From assembly GCA_027366125.1 (NCBI GenBank), contig DAHXKZ010000125.1:1-50112 (forward strand): a DNA stretch of 50,112 nucleotides, written 5' to 3'. Positions 1 to 10,442 of the stretch are shown here, one piece after another. The position numbers and the translations under genes are program-made. Within the stretch, counting starts at the first letter, position 1. Each line of letters begins with the position of its first letter. Source of the stretch: Phycisphaerales bacterium (GTDB lineage: Bacteria > Planctomycetota > Phycisphaerae > WQYP01). The notes beneath the pieces were generated by a model. It did not search any database. It saw nothing but the letters and a program-made list of their open reading frames with translations, and was not told the origin of the DNA.

Positions 1-141
1 TCGATGGGGTAGGTCTGCACTACACGCGTTTTTTTGACAACTTCCGACCTGAAACGGCGCTAGCGTTGCGCCAAGGCCGAAAAAAAATTTTAAAATTCCA
101 AATTTTGCTCAAAAAAGAGCCGAAGTGCGAAGGTTGGGTTA
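1..141 (+). repeat. Dispersed ~140-nt repeat, copy A (may continue beyond the window edge)
   Basis: 1-141 aligns end to end with the reverse complement of 48482-48622. The termini ATGGGGTAGGTCT(G/C)CACTACACGCG and GAGCCGAAGTGCGAAGGTTGGG(T/C)TA are nearly identical; the centre is more diverged. Confidence 0.8.
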
Positions 142-217
142 GCGGCCACCGCCCCAACAGCCGCCGGGTTGCCCAGGCGGCGCATGTGGCGTCGTTAACT
201 GTAAAAGCAGTTTTCCG

Positions 218-1126
218 TTAGCGCACACTGCGGCGCGGATCCCAGATTTCCTGCAGCGCGTCGCCCAGGAAATTCAGGCTCAACAGCGTGATGCACAGCC
301 CTAAGCACGGCCATAACAGCAGCCACCACGGCGTGTGAATCGGATTGATGGCCCGCACGCCTTCAGATGTCAGGTTGCCCCAGCTTGGCAGCGGCTGTTG
401 AATGCCCAGCCCCAGAAAGCTTAAGAAAGATTCCTGTAGAATGGCCACCGGCACCGTGAGCGCCGCGTACACCATGATCGTGCCGATTAAACCGGGCAAC
501 AGGTGCCGACGTACCAGCCGCCAATGACCCACGCCCGCAGCGCGCGCAGCTTCAATAAAGGGCTGATTACGCAGGCTCATGACCTGGGTGCGAATCACGC
601 GGGCCATGGTCAGCCAGCTTACGCCGCCAATGCCCACCAACAGCACCAGCAGATTGGCCACCGTGTGCGGACCTGCAATGCCCCAATAGGTTAATAGAAC
701 TGTGGCGCGCGGGACCAGGGCCACGCGTAATAAGATAACCAGCAGAATGGTCGGCAAGCCGTACAGCACGTCCACCGCGCGCATCAGCAATGCGTCGGTG
801 CGGCCGCCCAGATATCCCGCGGCCACGCCCACGGCTACGCCGATGAATACGGCGATCGTGGCCGAACAAAGCCCAATGCCCAGTGAAATCGCCCCGCCCA
901 GGGTGAAGCGCCAAAAAAGGTCGCGGCCAAGTTCATCGGTGCCGAAGATGTGGCGCGGGCTGGGCGCCTGCAAAGTGGCATGCAGGTTTTGGCTGGTATA
1001 GCGGGCCAGCGACCAGGGCAGTGTAAGGTAGCACAGCAGAAAGATGCCAATTAATAGCGCCGCGCCAGCCAGGCCGGTACGACGCGCGGCCAGGCGGCGC
1101 CAGGCGGCGGGCCGGCGGGCGGGCAT
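218..1126 (-). CDS. ABC transporter permease, Dpp/Opp (DppC/OppC-like) family
   Basis: Multi-TM ORF with LGRDLFWRF and VDVLYGLPTILLVILL, plus the EAA-loop motif FIEAARAAGVGHWRLVRRHLLP typical of binding-protein-dependent permeases. The ORF track starts at TTG 1171; the first ATG (MPARRPAAWRR) is at 1126. Confidence 0.8.
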   Translation of the reverse strand: MPARRPAAWRRLAARRTGLAGAALLIGIFLLCYLTLPWSLARYTSQNLHATLQAPSPRHIFGTDELGRDLFWRFTLGGAISLGIGLCSATIAVFIGVAVGVAAGYLGGRTDALLMRAVDVLYGLPTILLVILLRVALVPRATVLLTYWGIAGPHTVANLLVLLVGIGGVSWLTMARVIRTQVMSLRNQPFIEAARAAGVGHWRLVRRHLLPGLIGTIMVYAALTVPVAILQESFLSFLGLGIQQPLPSWGNLTSEGVRAINPIHTPWWLLLWPCLGLCITLLSLNFLGDALQEIWDPRRSVR

Positions 1127-1278
1127 CGGCGGTTCCGCGGGCAACAGCGTCAAGGGGAAAACTTTCTGCAATAATCAACGATCAACGATCAACGGGCACG
1201 AACCGTCCAACGGCCAAGGACGCACCGGCCTGCAATCAGCAGGCGAAAATTAAGACCGTCCGGAATCGGTATCTGCGT

Positions 1279-2505
1279 TCAATGCGTCGTACTTTCCAAT
1301 TCAAAGGCCGCGTGTACGGCCCGCAGCGCTTTTTCCGCATCCTGCCTGGCCACGATTACGCTGATGCGTATTTCGCTGGTGGAAATATTTTCGATGTTAA
1401 TGTTTTCGCGGGCCAGCGCCCCGAACATGCGCCCCGCCACGCCCGTACTTTGCTTCATCCCCACGCCGATCACGGACACCCGCGCCAGATTTGTTTCATA
1501 TTTTGCCGACCCGCCAATCTCTTTTAACAGCCCCTGAACCACGGGCGTTAAATCCCCTACGTCCCCGTGCTCCACGGTGAAGCTCACGGCGGCCGTGCGG
1601 TCATCCATCACATTTTGAATAATGTCATCAACCATGATATTGGCCTCGGCCGTCGCGGTAAACACGCGGGCCACCACGCCCGGCCGGTCCGCTATGCCTT
1701 TTAACGAAACGCGCGTCAGGTCTTTCTTTAACGCACAGCCGGAAACAACCAGATGTTCCATTGCAACGTTCTCCGCGACAATCCATGTGCCGGGCTGATC
1801 ATGGCGACTGTTGCGCACATGCAGCGGCACGTTGTATTTTTTGGCAAATTCCACCGCCCGGGTTTGCAGCACGCCGGCGCCCGCGCTGGAAAGCTCCATC
1901 ATTTCCTCATAACTAATGCGGTGCATTTTCCGTGCGGAGGGCACAATGCGCGGGTCGGCCGTGAAGATGCCGTCCACATCGGTATAGTTTTCACAAACGT
2001 CCGCGTGCAACACCGCGCCCAAGGCCACCAGTGTGGCATTGCTGCCCCCCCGGCCAAGGGTGGTTATCGCCCCTTCGCTGGTAACGCCCTGAAATCCGGC
2101 GACGATAACAATGCGTCCGGCGTCAAGTTCACGCAGCACCCGCTGCTTGTCAATTTCTTTAATACGGGCTTTGCTATGCACGGCGTCAGTGATCAACCCA
2201 ATCTGCCCGCCGGTGAAACTGATGGCCTGCTGGCCCTGGGCATGCATGGCCATGGCCAGCAGCGCGATCGTGACCTGTTCGCCAGTGGCCAAAAGCTGGT
2301 CCATTTCCCGCTTGGGCGGGTTTTCACACACCTGCCGGGCCAGGGCAATCAGATCGTCCGTGGCGGCGCCCATGGCCGAAACGACCACCACGACATGATT
2401 CCCGGCATTTTTCGCGGCGATGGCCTTATTGGCTGCGCTATGAATGCGCGGCGCGTCGGCCACGGATGAACCGCCAAATTTCTGAACAATTAAACCCATG
2501 GGCAT
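1279..2505 (-). CDS. lysC: Aspartate kinase
   Basis: N-terminus (MP)MGLIVQKFGGSSV, then VVVVSAMGAATDDL, and a C-terminal ACT-like regulatory half. Length 408 aa. An alternative ATG lies at 2499. Confidence 0.9.
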   Translation of the reverse strand: MPMGLIVQKFGGSSVADAPRIHSAANKAIAAKNAGNHVVVVVSAMGAATDDLIALARQVCENPPKREMDQLLATGEQVTIALLAMAMHAQGQQAISFTGGQIGLITDAVHSKARIKEIDKQRVLRELDAGRIVIVAGFQGVTSEGAITTLGRGGSNATLVALGAVLHADVCENYTDVDGIFTADPRIVPSARKMHRISYEEMMELSSAGAGVLQTRAVEFAKKYNVPLHVRNSRHDQPGTWIVAENVAMEHLVVSGCALKKDLTRVSLKGIADRPGVVARVFTATAEANIMVDDIIQNVMDDRTAAVSFTVEHGDVGDLTPVVQGLLKEIGGSAKYETNLARVSVIGVGMKQSTGVAGRMFGALARENINIENISTSEIRISVIVARQDAEKALRAVHAAFELESTTH

Positions 2506-2742
2506 CCAAAGGAATAAAACCGCCAGCCGCCAGGGACAAACTCGGCGTGAACCTTTTAATAACCCAATTTTTCAATGGGTAAAGCTCATGCCGCCGACGT
2601 TGCCAATGGCGTACTTTACTGTGCGCGGGGGTCAAAGGCAAAGCAGGGCCTGCTGCATGATTGGTTTGTTTTATCGCCCCCACGCCGGCTGCGGGCATTT
2701 ACGCGCAGCCGGGCCGGGGGCGCCCAGGCGGCCCGGGATAAT

Positions 2743-5700
2743 TTAATATGGCAGCCCCAGCAGCGCGTTGTTCGCTCCGCCGGGCGGGGCCAGGCCCTGC
2801 GGCCATACGTTCACCACCACCGCGGTGTTTTTTTGATCCGCGTTGTACACCACTGTCAGGCCTACAAACAGCCGTGGGAAGCGGCGCGATATCGTCACGG
2901 CGGAAAGAATATTGTGGCCCAGATAGAAGTCATAGCTTTGCGTGGCCGACACCGCGTACTTGCGGGTCAATCGGTAGGCAATGCCCAGCGTCCACTGGTC
3001 GGAATAGACGCCCTGAATGTACCGGTTTCCCAGGAAGTAGGAGAGAGATGGCGACTGATCCACCAGTACGCCCGCATCGCCCTGCTCCAGTTCCGCGCGG
3101 TTTACATTCCAGCTTTCATCCGCCAACAGACGCGTGTAATCGCCCACCCGCCAGGAACCATTGGCGTTGATGCTGTCCGTGGGGATGCTCAACTGTGGCT
3201 GACTGTTATAAAACTGACCAATGAGCGACGGGCTGAAATTGCTGGTAGAAAAAGGCCCGCCGGCGTACGCCGGGTTGTTGGCGCTAAAGGGACCAACGGG
3301 GCTCTGATTCCAGAACATATCCGCAGAAACGTTTAACGACATCCAATCGACGGTATAGCGATGACCCGCCTTGCCCCGCTTGGTTTCCAACTTCTGCCGC
3401 AGCGCGAATTGCGCCCCGCTGGCGTCAGTAATGCCTTCCACGCTATAGTTAAATGGCTGCAAATATCCCTGCTGCACGTTGGAACCGGCATAGAACACAT
3501 TGACCTGCGGCTCAATGATGTGCCGCAGGCCATGCACGTCAAAGAATCGCGAATTCACATGATTGTATACGCGCCAAAATTCCATGCTGGCGCGCAGGCC
3601 CGCGGCGCCCCAGAACCGGTTGGTGGTCCCGCCGTTTTGGCCCGTCGGAAACTTGGCCCCCCAAAACGTATAGCGGCCCATGACATACGGGACAACTTTC
3701 GCGCTCTGGCCCAGATCGATGGGCAGGTCCAGTTCCTGCCGCGTATCCCCCCGAGCAATGGCATTTTGGGTCCAACCGCGGTCCATATAATACGTAACAA
3801 ACTGCTGGTTCGCCGGCATGCTCGGGAAATTGGCCTGCAGCGCCCGGTAGGCGGGCGTGGTGCGGCTGAAATTGTCCTGCACCAACCCGCCTCTGGTGTC
3901 GCTGTAATAGGTAAAGGCGCCCAAAATTGAATCGCCCAGCCGGTAGTAATGCACTTCGGGTGCTTGCTCTACTGAGAATTCATTGTCTTCGAGGTCGGCA
4001 TTCGCGACAAAATTGTTAAGGTTGAACTTCCCCAGCAGGCTGATCGCCGAGGTGTTGCTGATATGACGCAGGTAGGCCGAGGTTTGTTGCTCCACGCCCG
4101 TGGCGTACTCAACATTAAAATACTGCTCCAGAAAGTTCGGGTCGGAAATGTATGACCCCTGCAACTGCAGCAGCCAGTTGTCGGGCAATTCCACATTGTC
4201 GCGGGCCAGAAATCTGCCGCGCACCTTGTTGGAGACCGGCACTCCGATCCGGGTGCGGCCCAGCAGGCCCGTGCCGTTATCTTCCATAACAAATGATCGG
4301 ATATACCCCTGCTGATTGGGTTCCAGCCACCGGGCGTTCACGCCGCCGGCCGGACCACGATTAGTGAAATAATCCGTTTGCAGGTCGGCTTCCACGCCGT
4401 TGGGCGCCCGACGGCCCAGCAGCCCGAACAAATCCCAATCGGCGCCAATGATACCGCCATAGGTGCTGGAATACCCCACAGAAACGCTGCGGATTGGAAT
4501 GTCATTGTTGCTGGTGTTGGCGGCAAAATACGGCAGATAAAAAAACGGCACGTTGTCCGCGCGCAACGTCATGTTGCGCGCGGTAATGCCATAGACTGTC
4601 TGGCTGGGCCGGCGGCCGGCAATGGTGCGCGGCGTGATGTTCTTCAGCGCGATGCGGCTGGCGGCAATGTCATAATGCGGCGTGTAAAATTCATCGGTGG
4701 AGAGCGTGGCGGTGCGGGCCACATAATTGCCCTGGGCCGCCTGAAGTATTTCCTTGGCGCGCAAATACAGCGGCACGGCGGCGGCCCGATCGGCGGTGCT
4801 TAAAACCGCGTTGATCATGATGGCCTGGTTGTGCGTAAAATCATAAAATATGCGGTTGGCGTGGACGCGATTTACGCCATCAGTAATCGACACATCTCCC
4901 TGCAAGTACACCCCTGTCACCACGCGCGTGATCTTGCGCAAAGCCACGGGCCCCGCGGACCCGCCCTTTTTTTTGTGCCCGGGGCTAAATAGCACGGCGT
5001 TTTCGGCGCGCAATTGCAACGGCGGCTTGCCGTCGCGCGTCTGCCGAACCATGTAAAATGAACCATGCACAATGACCACGCGACGACCGTCGATTGTGCG
5101 TTCGTCCACCCGGTCGCCAGTTGCGAATACCAGTGGCGCAGGCGCCACCGGCCGGGCCGGTATCGCCACGGGGTGCTGAAGGATAATGTTGTTGGCCCGC
5201 GGCAATATCTGCCCCGGTCCATAAATAATGCTGTTGCCCGGCCCGCGCGCGATCCAGCCCTGTTGCAAGGCCATTTCGGTGGGCTGCACCGTCACCGTGG
5301 GGATAAATGGCAGGCCGCGGGGCTGGTGAGCCAGAGCCAACCGAAGTTTTTGCCCCGCCTGCACAATTGCCAGCCTTTTATCGTTGTGGCTCACCGGATG
5401 TGTACCGGAAAGCTGCAGCGCGTGCATCACGCGTGCGGTGACCATAAGCCGCTTTGCCCGGGTGACCGTGCGATGTTGGCCCGCCCCCTCCGTGATCTTC
5501 ACATGACCCACCAAATAAATCCACACGCGGTAAATGGGCACGCCGGCGCCGCTTTGCGGCCGCAGCCACAACACCGCCTCATCGGCGTGCAGTGCCCGAT
5601 ACGCCACATGCAGCACCACATGCCCGCGCAGCACCATGCGTTCATGTCCGGTACGGCCCAGCCAGACGTCGGCGTGGTTGGCCCGCGCGCGCAGGGGCAA

Positions 5701-5898
5701 TCCCAAGGCGGATGACGGCGTGAGAACCGGATGAACCGTGGGAATGATGGGCGCTTGAACGGCGGCTGCGAACGCGCAATGGCCCCCGATGACACCGGCT
5801 GTAAAACCGGCTGCACACAGGCCACAAAACGCCCGCAGACTCGGGCGCCTGGCCCGCGCCCGATGCGTATCCCTTCGCTGTCGGCGGCATGATGGCAT
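2743..5898 (-). CDS. Large outer-membrane protein, LptD (OstA)-like
   Basis: ~1050 aa with a signal-like N-terminus from ATG 5898. Two OstA-like segments (GHVKITEG..., LQGDVSITDGVNRVHANRIFYDF) are followed by a long Tyr/Gly/Asn-rich beta-barrel-like C-terminal part. The family call rests on motif resemblance only. Confidence 0.45.
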   Translation of the reverse strand: MPSCRRQRRDTHRARARRPSLRAFCGLCAAGFTAGVIGGHCAFAAAVQAPIIPTVHPVLTPSSALGLPLRARANHADVWLGRTGHERMVLRGHVVLHVAYRALHADEAVLWLRPQSGAGVPIYRVWIYLVGHVKITEGAGQHRTVTRAKRLMVTARVMHALQLSGTHPVSHNDKRLAIVQAGQKLRLALAHQPRGLPFIPTVTVQPTEMALQQGWIARGPGNSIIYGPGQILPRANNIILQHPVAIPARPVAPAPLVFATGDRVDERTIDGRRVVIVHGSFYMVRQTRDGKPPLQLRAENAVLFSPGHKKKGGSAGPVALRKITRVVTGVYLQGDVSITDGVNRVHANRIFYDFTHNQAIMINAVLSTADRAAAVPLYLRAKEILQAAQGNYVARTATLSTDEFYTPHYDIAASRIALKNITPRTIAGRRPSQTVYGITARNMTLRADNVPFFYLPYFAANTSNNDIPIRSVSVGYSSTYGGIIGADWDLFGLLGRRAPNGVEADLQTDYFTNRGPAGGVNARWLEPNQQGYIRSFVMEDNGTGLLGRTRIGVPVSNKVRGRFLARDNVELPDNWLLQLQGSYISDPNFLEQYFNVEYATGVEQQTSAYLRHISNTSAISLLGKFNLNNFVANADLEDNEFSVEQAPEVHYYRLGDSILGAFTYYSDTRGGLVQDNFSRTTPAYRALQANFPSMPANQQFVTYYMDRGWTQNAIARGDTRQELDLPIDLGQSAKVVPYVMGRYTFWGAKFPTGQNGGTTNRFWGAAGLRASMEFWRVYNHVNSRFFDVHGLRHIIEPQVNVFYAGSNVQQGYLQPFNYSVEGITDASGAQFALRQKLETKRGKAGHRYTVDWMSLNVSADMFWNQSPVGPFSANNPAYAGGPFSTSNFSPSLIGQFYNSQPQLSIPTDSINANGSWRVGDYTRLLADESWNVNRAELEQGDAGVLVDQSPSLSYFLGNRYIQGVYSDQWTLGIAYRLTRKYAVSATQSYDFYLGHNILSAVTISRRFPRLFVGLTVVYNADQKNTAVVVNVWPQGLAPPGGANNALLGLPY

Positions 5899-6028
5899 TG
5901 ATTTCTCGGCGGCATTTATCAGACGACACGGATGATAGCCGCCCCACAAAAAACTGCAAATGGTTGGTGACACAAACTCTGATTTTTTTAGCTTTTAGTG
6001 TTTGGTTTACGCCACGGGGCTACGGGCT

Positions 6029-6415
6029 TCACGAATCCGCAACGGCCTCTCGCAAAATCCGCGGCAACTGCGCCGTAAACGCCGAACGCGGCAAAACATT
6101 GTCCGCCCCCGCCGCCCGCGCCGCCTCCATGAGTTCCGTGTCCACATGCGAACAGAAAGCCACCGTCCTGGGCCGCGGATCGACCTTTTCCAGCGCCGCC
6201 AACCCAGCCGGCGCTTCCGCGCCGGCGGCGTTTAAATCAATAATGACCAATGCCACGGCCCCGTCGGGCCCGGGCGCCTTGGCCGCATCCTGAACCACCT
6301 GCTGCAACATGGTCATGCTGCGCACCGTTTTCAGCGGAATATTAAGCGCCCTGGCTGTGCCGGTGATTTTTGACCCAAAAATGAGGTCGGCCACGAGGGC
6401 CACAACCTGCGCCAT
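6029..6415 (-). CDS. Stand-alone CheY-like receiver-domain protein (degenerate)
   Basis: MAQVVALVADLIFGS...VALVIIDLNA...FCSHVD... follows the receiver-domain beta/alpha pattern with an Asp at the phospho-acceptor position. There is no output domain. Start taken at ATG 6415. Confidence 0.5.
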   Translation of the reverse strand: MAQVVALVADLIFGSKITGTARALNIPLKTVRSMTMLQQVVQDAAKAPGPDGAVALVIIDLNAAGAEAPAGLAALEKVDPRPRTVAFCSHVDTELMEAARAAGADNVLPRSAFTAQLPRILREAVADS

Positions 6416-6468
6416 TGATGTATTCCTTTTGTTTAACCAGCAGTTCTTTAACAAGCAGAGTATGGGGG

Positions 6469-7080
6469 TCAGGCCGGCGCCGCCCCGGCGCCTGCGGCGG
6501 GATAGTAGCCTGCGATGGCCACTTCCTCCGGCGCCTTGCGCGCATTGGGTTTTTCCCGCTCCAACAGCGCCAGCGGAAGCGCCGCCGCATCGCCTGGTTT
6601 TCCGACCGCGATGACCGCCATGGCCTCGAATTTATCCTCCGGAACGCCCAGCAAACCATGCGCTTTCTGCGCATCGAAACCGGCCATGCCATGTGTGATT
6701 AATCCCATCTTGTGGGCCTGCAGCGCCAAAGACATCCACGCAGCCCCGCAATCAAAGGCGTACAGGCGGTTGGGCTGACCCCCGCGCATGGCGTGCCGCC
6801 GGGCAAACAGCACCGTTAACAGCGGCGCACGGCTGGCCCACGCCTGATTGGCCGGGACCAAAATTTCCAAATAAGTTTTAAGATGGTCCGGCTGCGCCGC
6901 ATACAGAAACAACCACGGCTGCTCATTGCTGCTGGAAGGCGCCCAGCGCGCCGCCTCAAACAAAGCCGATACCTGCGCGGGCGTCAATGGGTCGCCGGAA
7001 AACGCCCGGGGCGACCACCGTTCCAAAAACATCGGATCAATATCCGCCAACGCGGTGCGCGTATTAAATGATGCGGCCAT
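6469..7080 (-). CDS. Nitroreductase family protein
   Basis: FLERWSPRAFSGDPLTPAQVSALFEAARWAPSSSNEQPWLFLY is the classic nitroreductase N-terminal signature. Length 203 aa. Confidence 0.85.
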   Translation of the reverse strand: MAASFNTRTALADIDPMFLERWSPRAFSGDPLTPAQVSALFEAARWAPSSSNEQPWLFLYAAQPDHLKTYLEILVPANQAWASRAPLLTVLFARRHAMRGGQPNRLYAFDCGAAWMSLALQAHKMGLITHGMAGFDAQKAHGLLGVPEDKFEAMAVIAVGKPGDAAALPLALLEREKPNARKAPEEVAIAGYYPAAGAGAAPA

Positions 7081-7124
7081 TCCACGACTCCTAAATCAGT
7101 TGTGCTTCCGGCATGGGTTCCAAC

Positions 7125-7934
7125 TCACGACGCCGGTTCCAGCGTAACGGGATTACTTAACTGTCCGATTTTTTCAATTTCCAACGTCAGCCGGTCGCCG
7201 GCTTTCAGCCACACCGGCGGCTGCCGGGCCATGCCCACGCCTTCGGGCGTGCCGGTGAGGATCACCGTGCCGGGCAGCAAAGTGGTTGAGCCAGTTAAAA
7301 AAGTAATAATTTGGCGGACCGAAAAAATCATGTCCGAGGTGTTCGATTCCTGCATCAAATGGCCATTCAGCCGCGTGGAAATGGCCAGCGCGTTGGGGTT
7401 GGGAATTTCATCGGCGGTGACGATGCACGGCCCCAGTGGGCAAAACGTGTCAAAAGATTTGGCCCGGCCCCACTGCGAACCGCCCCACTCCTTTTGCCAA
7501 TCGCGCGCTGAAACGTCATTGCCAATGCTGTACCCCAGCACGCAGGACAGGGCGTTTTCCGCGGTGAGATTTTTCGCCCGCCGGCCGATGACCACCGCCA
7601 ATTCCGCCTCAAAATCAACTTTGTGGCTGGCCAGGCGTGTGGGAATTTCAATGGGCTCCGACGGGTTCTGCAGCGCCGCGGGATTCTTCATAAACACCAC
7701 CGGAAAGTCCGACACTTTCGCGCCCGTTTCCGCGGCGTGCTTGCGATAATTTAAGCCAATGCAAATGATCGCTGACGGAACGATGGGCGCCAGCAGCCGG
7801 GCCACCGGAATTTTTTGATGCGTCACCGTGAAATTGGCCAGTATGTCGCCTTGCACGCGCAGGGCGGCGCCATCACCCTGGTCCACCCCGTAGTGCATTT
7901 CCCCCACCGCATCCATGAAACGAATCAGACGCAT
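7125..7934 (-). CDS. Fumarylacetoacetate hydrolase (FAH) family protein
   Basis: IICIGLNYRKHAAETG...VVFMKNPAAL...FEAELAVVIGR...GTPEGVG matches the FAH-family C-terminal catalytic domain pattern. Confidence 0.85.
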   Translation of the reverse strand: MRLIRFMDAVGEMHYGVDQGDGAALRVQGDILANFTVTHQKIPVARLLAPIVPSAIICIGLNYRKHAAETGAKVSDFPVVFMKNPAALQNPSEPIEIPTRLASHKVDFEAELAVVIGRRAKNLTAENALSCVLGYSIGNDVSARDWQKEWGGSQWGRAKSFDTFCPLGPCIVTADEIPNPNALAISTRLNGHLMQESNTSDMIFSVRQIITFLTGSTTLLPGTVILTGTPEGVGMARQPPVWLKAGDRLTLEIEKIGQLSNPVTLEPAS

Positions 7935-8113
7935 GCTTTACCTCAATTTTAATACAAGTCGTGTTGCCGGTGCCGGCTTGTACCGCGGGGGCGTGCCGAC
8001 CTCGTACAAGGCGTGTACAATAAACGGCCAGAAGAAGACAAGCAACGGGCGCTGGGAGGTTGCGGGAATTGGTTTCCCGCGGCCTGCTCTGAAGCGCAGA
8101 AAGAGGAAAAAAC

Positions 8114-8596
8114 ATGATTCCGGCCACAGCGGAAACACTCGGGATAATACTCGTGGATCACGGCAGTAAGAAAACGGCCGCCAATGCCATGTTGCATGAT
8201 GTTGTGGAAATGTTTAAGCGCGTTTCAGGCCAGCGCATTGTGGAAGCGGCGCATATGGAACTGGCCCAGCCAACGATCGCCCAGGCCTTCGCCGCATGCG
8301 CGGCCCAGGGCGCCGGGCGCGTGCTGGTGCATCCTTACTTTCTTTCTCCGGGACGGCACAGCACCACGGATATTCCGCGCATGACCCAGGAAGCCGCCGC
8401 CGCGTTTCCCGGCATTGCTTATCATGTTACCGAACCGTTGGGCCTTGACGAGCGCATCGCGCAGGTGATCATGGCGCGCACCGGGCAGTGTATGCGAAAT
8501 AACTATTGCTGCGCGGCCTGCGAGTGCCGGGGGCCGGCGACCGCAACGCCCGGCGCGGGAGCGCTTTCTCACGCGGCGGCGGCAACGGCAGTTTAA
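8114..8596 (+). CDS. cbiX: Sirohydrochlorin chelatase, small CbiX type, with a Cys-rich tail
   Basis: LGIILVDHGSKK...VEAAHMELAQPTI...VLVHPYFLSPGRHSTTDIP, with a C-terminal CMRNNYCCAACEC cluster. AGAGGA lies upstream of the ATG. Confidence 0.75.
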   Translation: MIPATAETLGIILVDHGSKKTAANAMLHDVVEMFKRVSGQRIVEAAHMELAQPTIAQAFAACAAQGAGRVLVHPYFLSPGRHSTTDIPRMTQEAAAAFPGIAYHVTEPLGLDERIAQVIMARTGQCMRNNYCCAACECRGPATATPGAGALSHAAAATAV

Positions 8597-8653
8597 CCAA
8601 GGCGGCGCAGCCGACATGGCCGGGCCCGCGCCCGGGCCGGCAACGGGGTTTTT

Positions 8654-9202
8654 ATGCTAGGTTTCCAGCAAATTGTCTCACGGGTCCGGGAACATCTGGG
8701 CGCCCAGGCCGTGCTCGAAGCCAAGGACAGCGGCCTTCATCCGTCCATCAACGTTGGGCCGGATTTTTGGCATAGCGTGGCTGATTTTCTGGCCCACGAC
8801 CCGGAAACCGACTTAAGTGTGCTGCGCTGTATTACCGGATTGGATTATCCCGACCGCCGCCTGCTCTGCGCCGTCTACGATCTATTAAGTTATCAACATC
8901 GGCACACGTTTTGTGTGAAAGTATTCGTGCCGCATGACGCCCCGCTGCTGCCTTCCGTGGCCGCCATTTGGCGCTCCGCCGACTGGCATGAACGCGAAGC
9001 GTATGACATGTTTGGCCTGGTGTTTACCGGGCACCCCGACAGCGTGACCGACGGCGGCGCGGCGCATCCGCGGCGCATCCTCCTGCCTGATGACTGGGAG
9101 GGTTTTCCCCTGCGGAAAGATTATCAATTTCCGCGCGAATACCACGGTATTCCCGGCAGCGTGGAACTCGACTGGGCGCAAAAGCCCGATTACCCGGCAT
9201 GA
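8654..9202 (+). CDS. nuoC: NADH-quinone oxidoreductase subunit C
   Basis: WRSADWHEREAYDMFGLVFTGHPD and ILLPDDWEGFPLRKDY are NuoC (30-kDa subunit) signatures. Confidence 0.85.
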   Translation: MLGFQQIVSRVREHLGAQAVLEAKDSGLHPSINVGPDFWHSVADFLAHDPETDLSVLRCITGLDYPDRRLLCAVYDLLSYQHRHTFCVKVFVPHDAPLLPSVAAIWRSADWHEREAYDMFGLVFTGHPDSVTDGGAAHPRRILLPDDWEGFPLRKDYQFPREYHGIPGSVELDWAQKPDYPA

Positions 9203-9272
9203 TCAGCACGGTCCGCGACGCCATCGGCAGCATGGGCCAGGCGAACTCCAGCCGCCATTTTAGAGAGTATCT

Positions 9273-10442
9273 GTGACCACCACCCACCGTTCATTTGTGC
9301 TGGCGCCCGACGCCGACCTTGAAACCACCGACGTGGAAACCGAGGAGATGCTGGTCAACATGGGCCCGCAGCACCCCTCCACCCACGGCGTGCTGCGCCT
9401 GGCCCTGCGCACCGATGGCGAGATGGTGCTCGAAGCGGTTCCCCACATTGGATACCTGCATCGTTGCGCTGAAAAAATTGGCGAGAATCTGCCTTATGGT
9501 CAGTACATTCCTTACACCGACCGAATGGATTACCTCGCGGGCATGAACAACAACGTGGGCTGGGCCCTGACTGTGGAAAAACTGGCCGGCTTGGAACTGC
9601 CGGCCCGCGCCCATTATATTCGCGCCATTATGTGTGAATTAAATCGCATCGCATCGCACCTGGTGGCCATGGGCGCCTACGGCATTGACATGGGGGCGCT
9701 GTCCATGTTCTTGTATGCCTTCCGCGAACGCGAGTTTATTCTGGACCTTTTCGAAGCCGCCTGCGGCGCCCGTCTGACGTACAGCTATGCCACCGTCGGC
9801 GGCGTGATTCATGATCTTACCGCGGAATGGGTAGAAAAGTGCGGCGAATTTCTGGACTATTTTGAACCTAAAATCCGCGAGTATGATCAGCTTCTTTCCT
9901 TCAATCACATATTTATTAAACGAACCGGCGGCGTAGGCGCGCTGGCGCCAGCCATGGCCATTAATTATGCCGCCAGCGGTCCCATGCTGCGCGGCAGCGG
10001 CATTGCGTGGGATTTGCGCAAGATCACGCCTTGTCCCCCCTATCCTGATTTTGACTTCGACATTCCCGTGGGCGATGGCCGCATGGGCGCCCTGGGCGAC
10101 TGCTGGGACCGTTATTACGTGCGCATTGGGGAAATGCGCCAAAGCGTGCGCATCCTACGGCAGGCGCTGGAAAGGTTGCCATCAGGGCCGCATCGCATCG
10201 CCTTGCCACGCACCTTCAAAATACCACCGGGAGAAATATACATGGAAACCGAGGGCGCCCGCGGTCAACTCGGCTTTTACATCGAAAGCCAGGGCGGCCC
10301 GATTCCGTACCGCGTGAAGGTCCGCGGGCCTTCCTTCTGCAATTTAAGTCTGGCCAACGAATTGTGCCGCAACTGCATGTTGGCCGATGTGCCGGCGATC
10401 ATTGGTTCCATTGATATTGTGATGGGCGAAACCGACCGATGA
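9273..10442 (+). CDS. nuoD: NADH-quinone oxidoreductase subunit D
   Basis: NMGPQHPSTHGVLRL, HIGYLHRCAEK, and the C-terminal IIGSIDIVMGETDR. It lacks the hydrogenase CxxC metal motifs. Confidence 0.9.
   Translation: MTTTHRSFVLAPDADLETTDVETEEMLVNMGPQHPSTHGVLRLALRTDGEMVLEAVPHIGYLHRCAEKIGENLPYGQYIPYTDRMDYLAGMNNNVGWALTVEKLAGLELPARAHYIRAIMCELNRIASHLVAMGAYGIDMGALSMFLYAFREREFILDLFEAACGARLTYSYATVGGVIHDLTAEWVEKCGEFLDYFEPKIREYDQLLSFNHIFIKRTGGVGALAPAMAINYAASGPMLRGSGIAWDLRKITPCPPYPDFDFDIPVGDGRMGALGDCWDRYYVRIGEMRQSVRILRQALERLPSGPHRIALPRTFKIPPGEIYMETEGARGQLGFYIESQGGPIPYRVKVRGPSFCNLSLANELCRNCMLADVPAIIGSIDIVMGETDR

Noticed and set aside
2506-2742. Possible lysine riboswitch or leader upstream of lysC
   Set aside because: I could not recognise L-box conserved elements in the 237-nt spacer. 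The only feature is a GC hairpin (CCGGGCC...GGCCCGG) just after the upstream gene. An Rfam scan would be needed.
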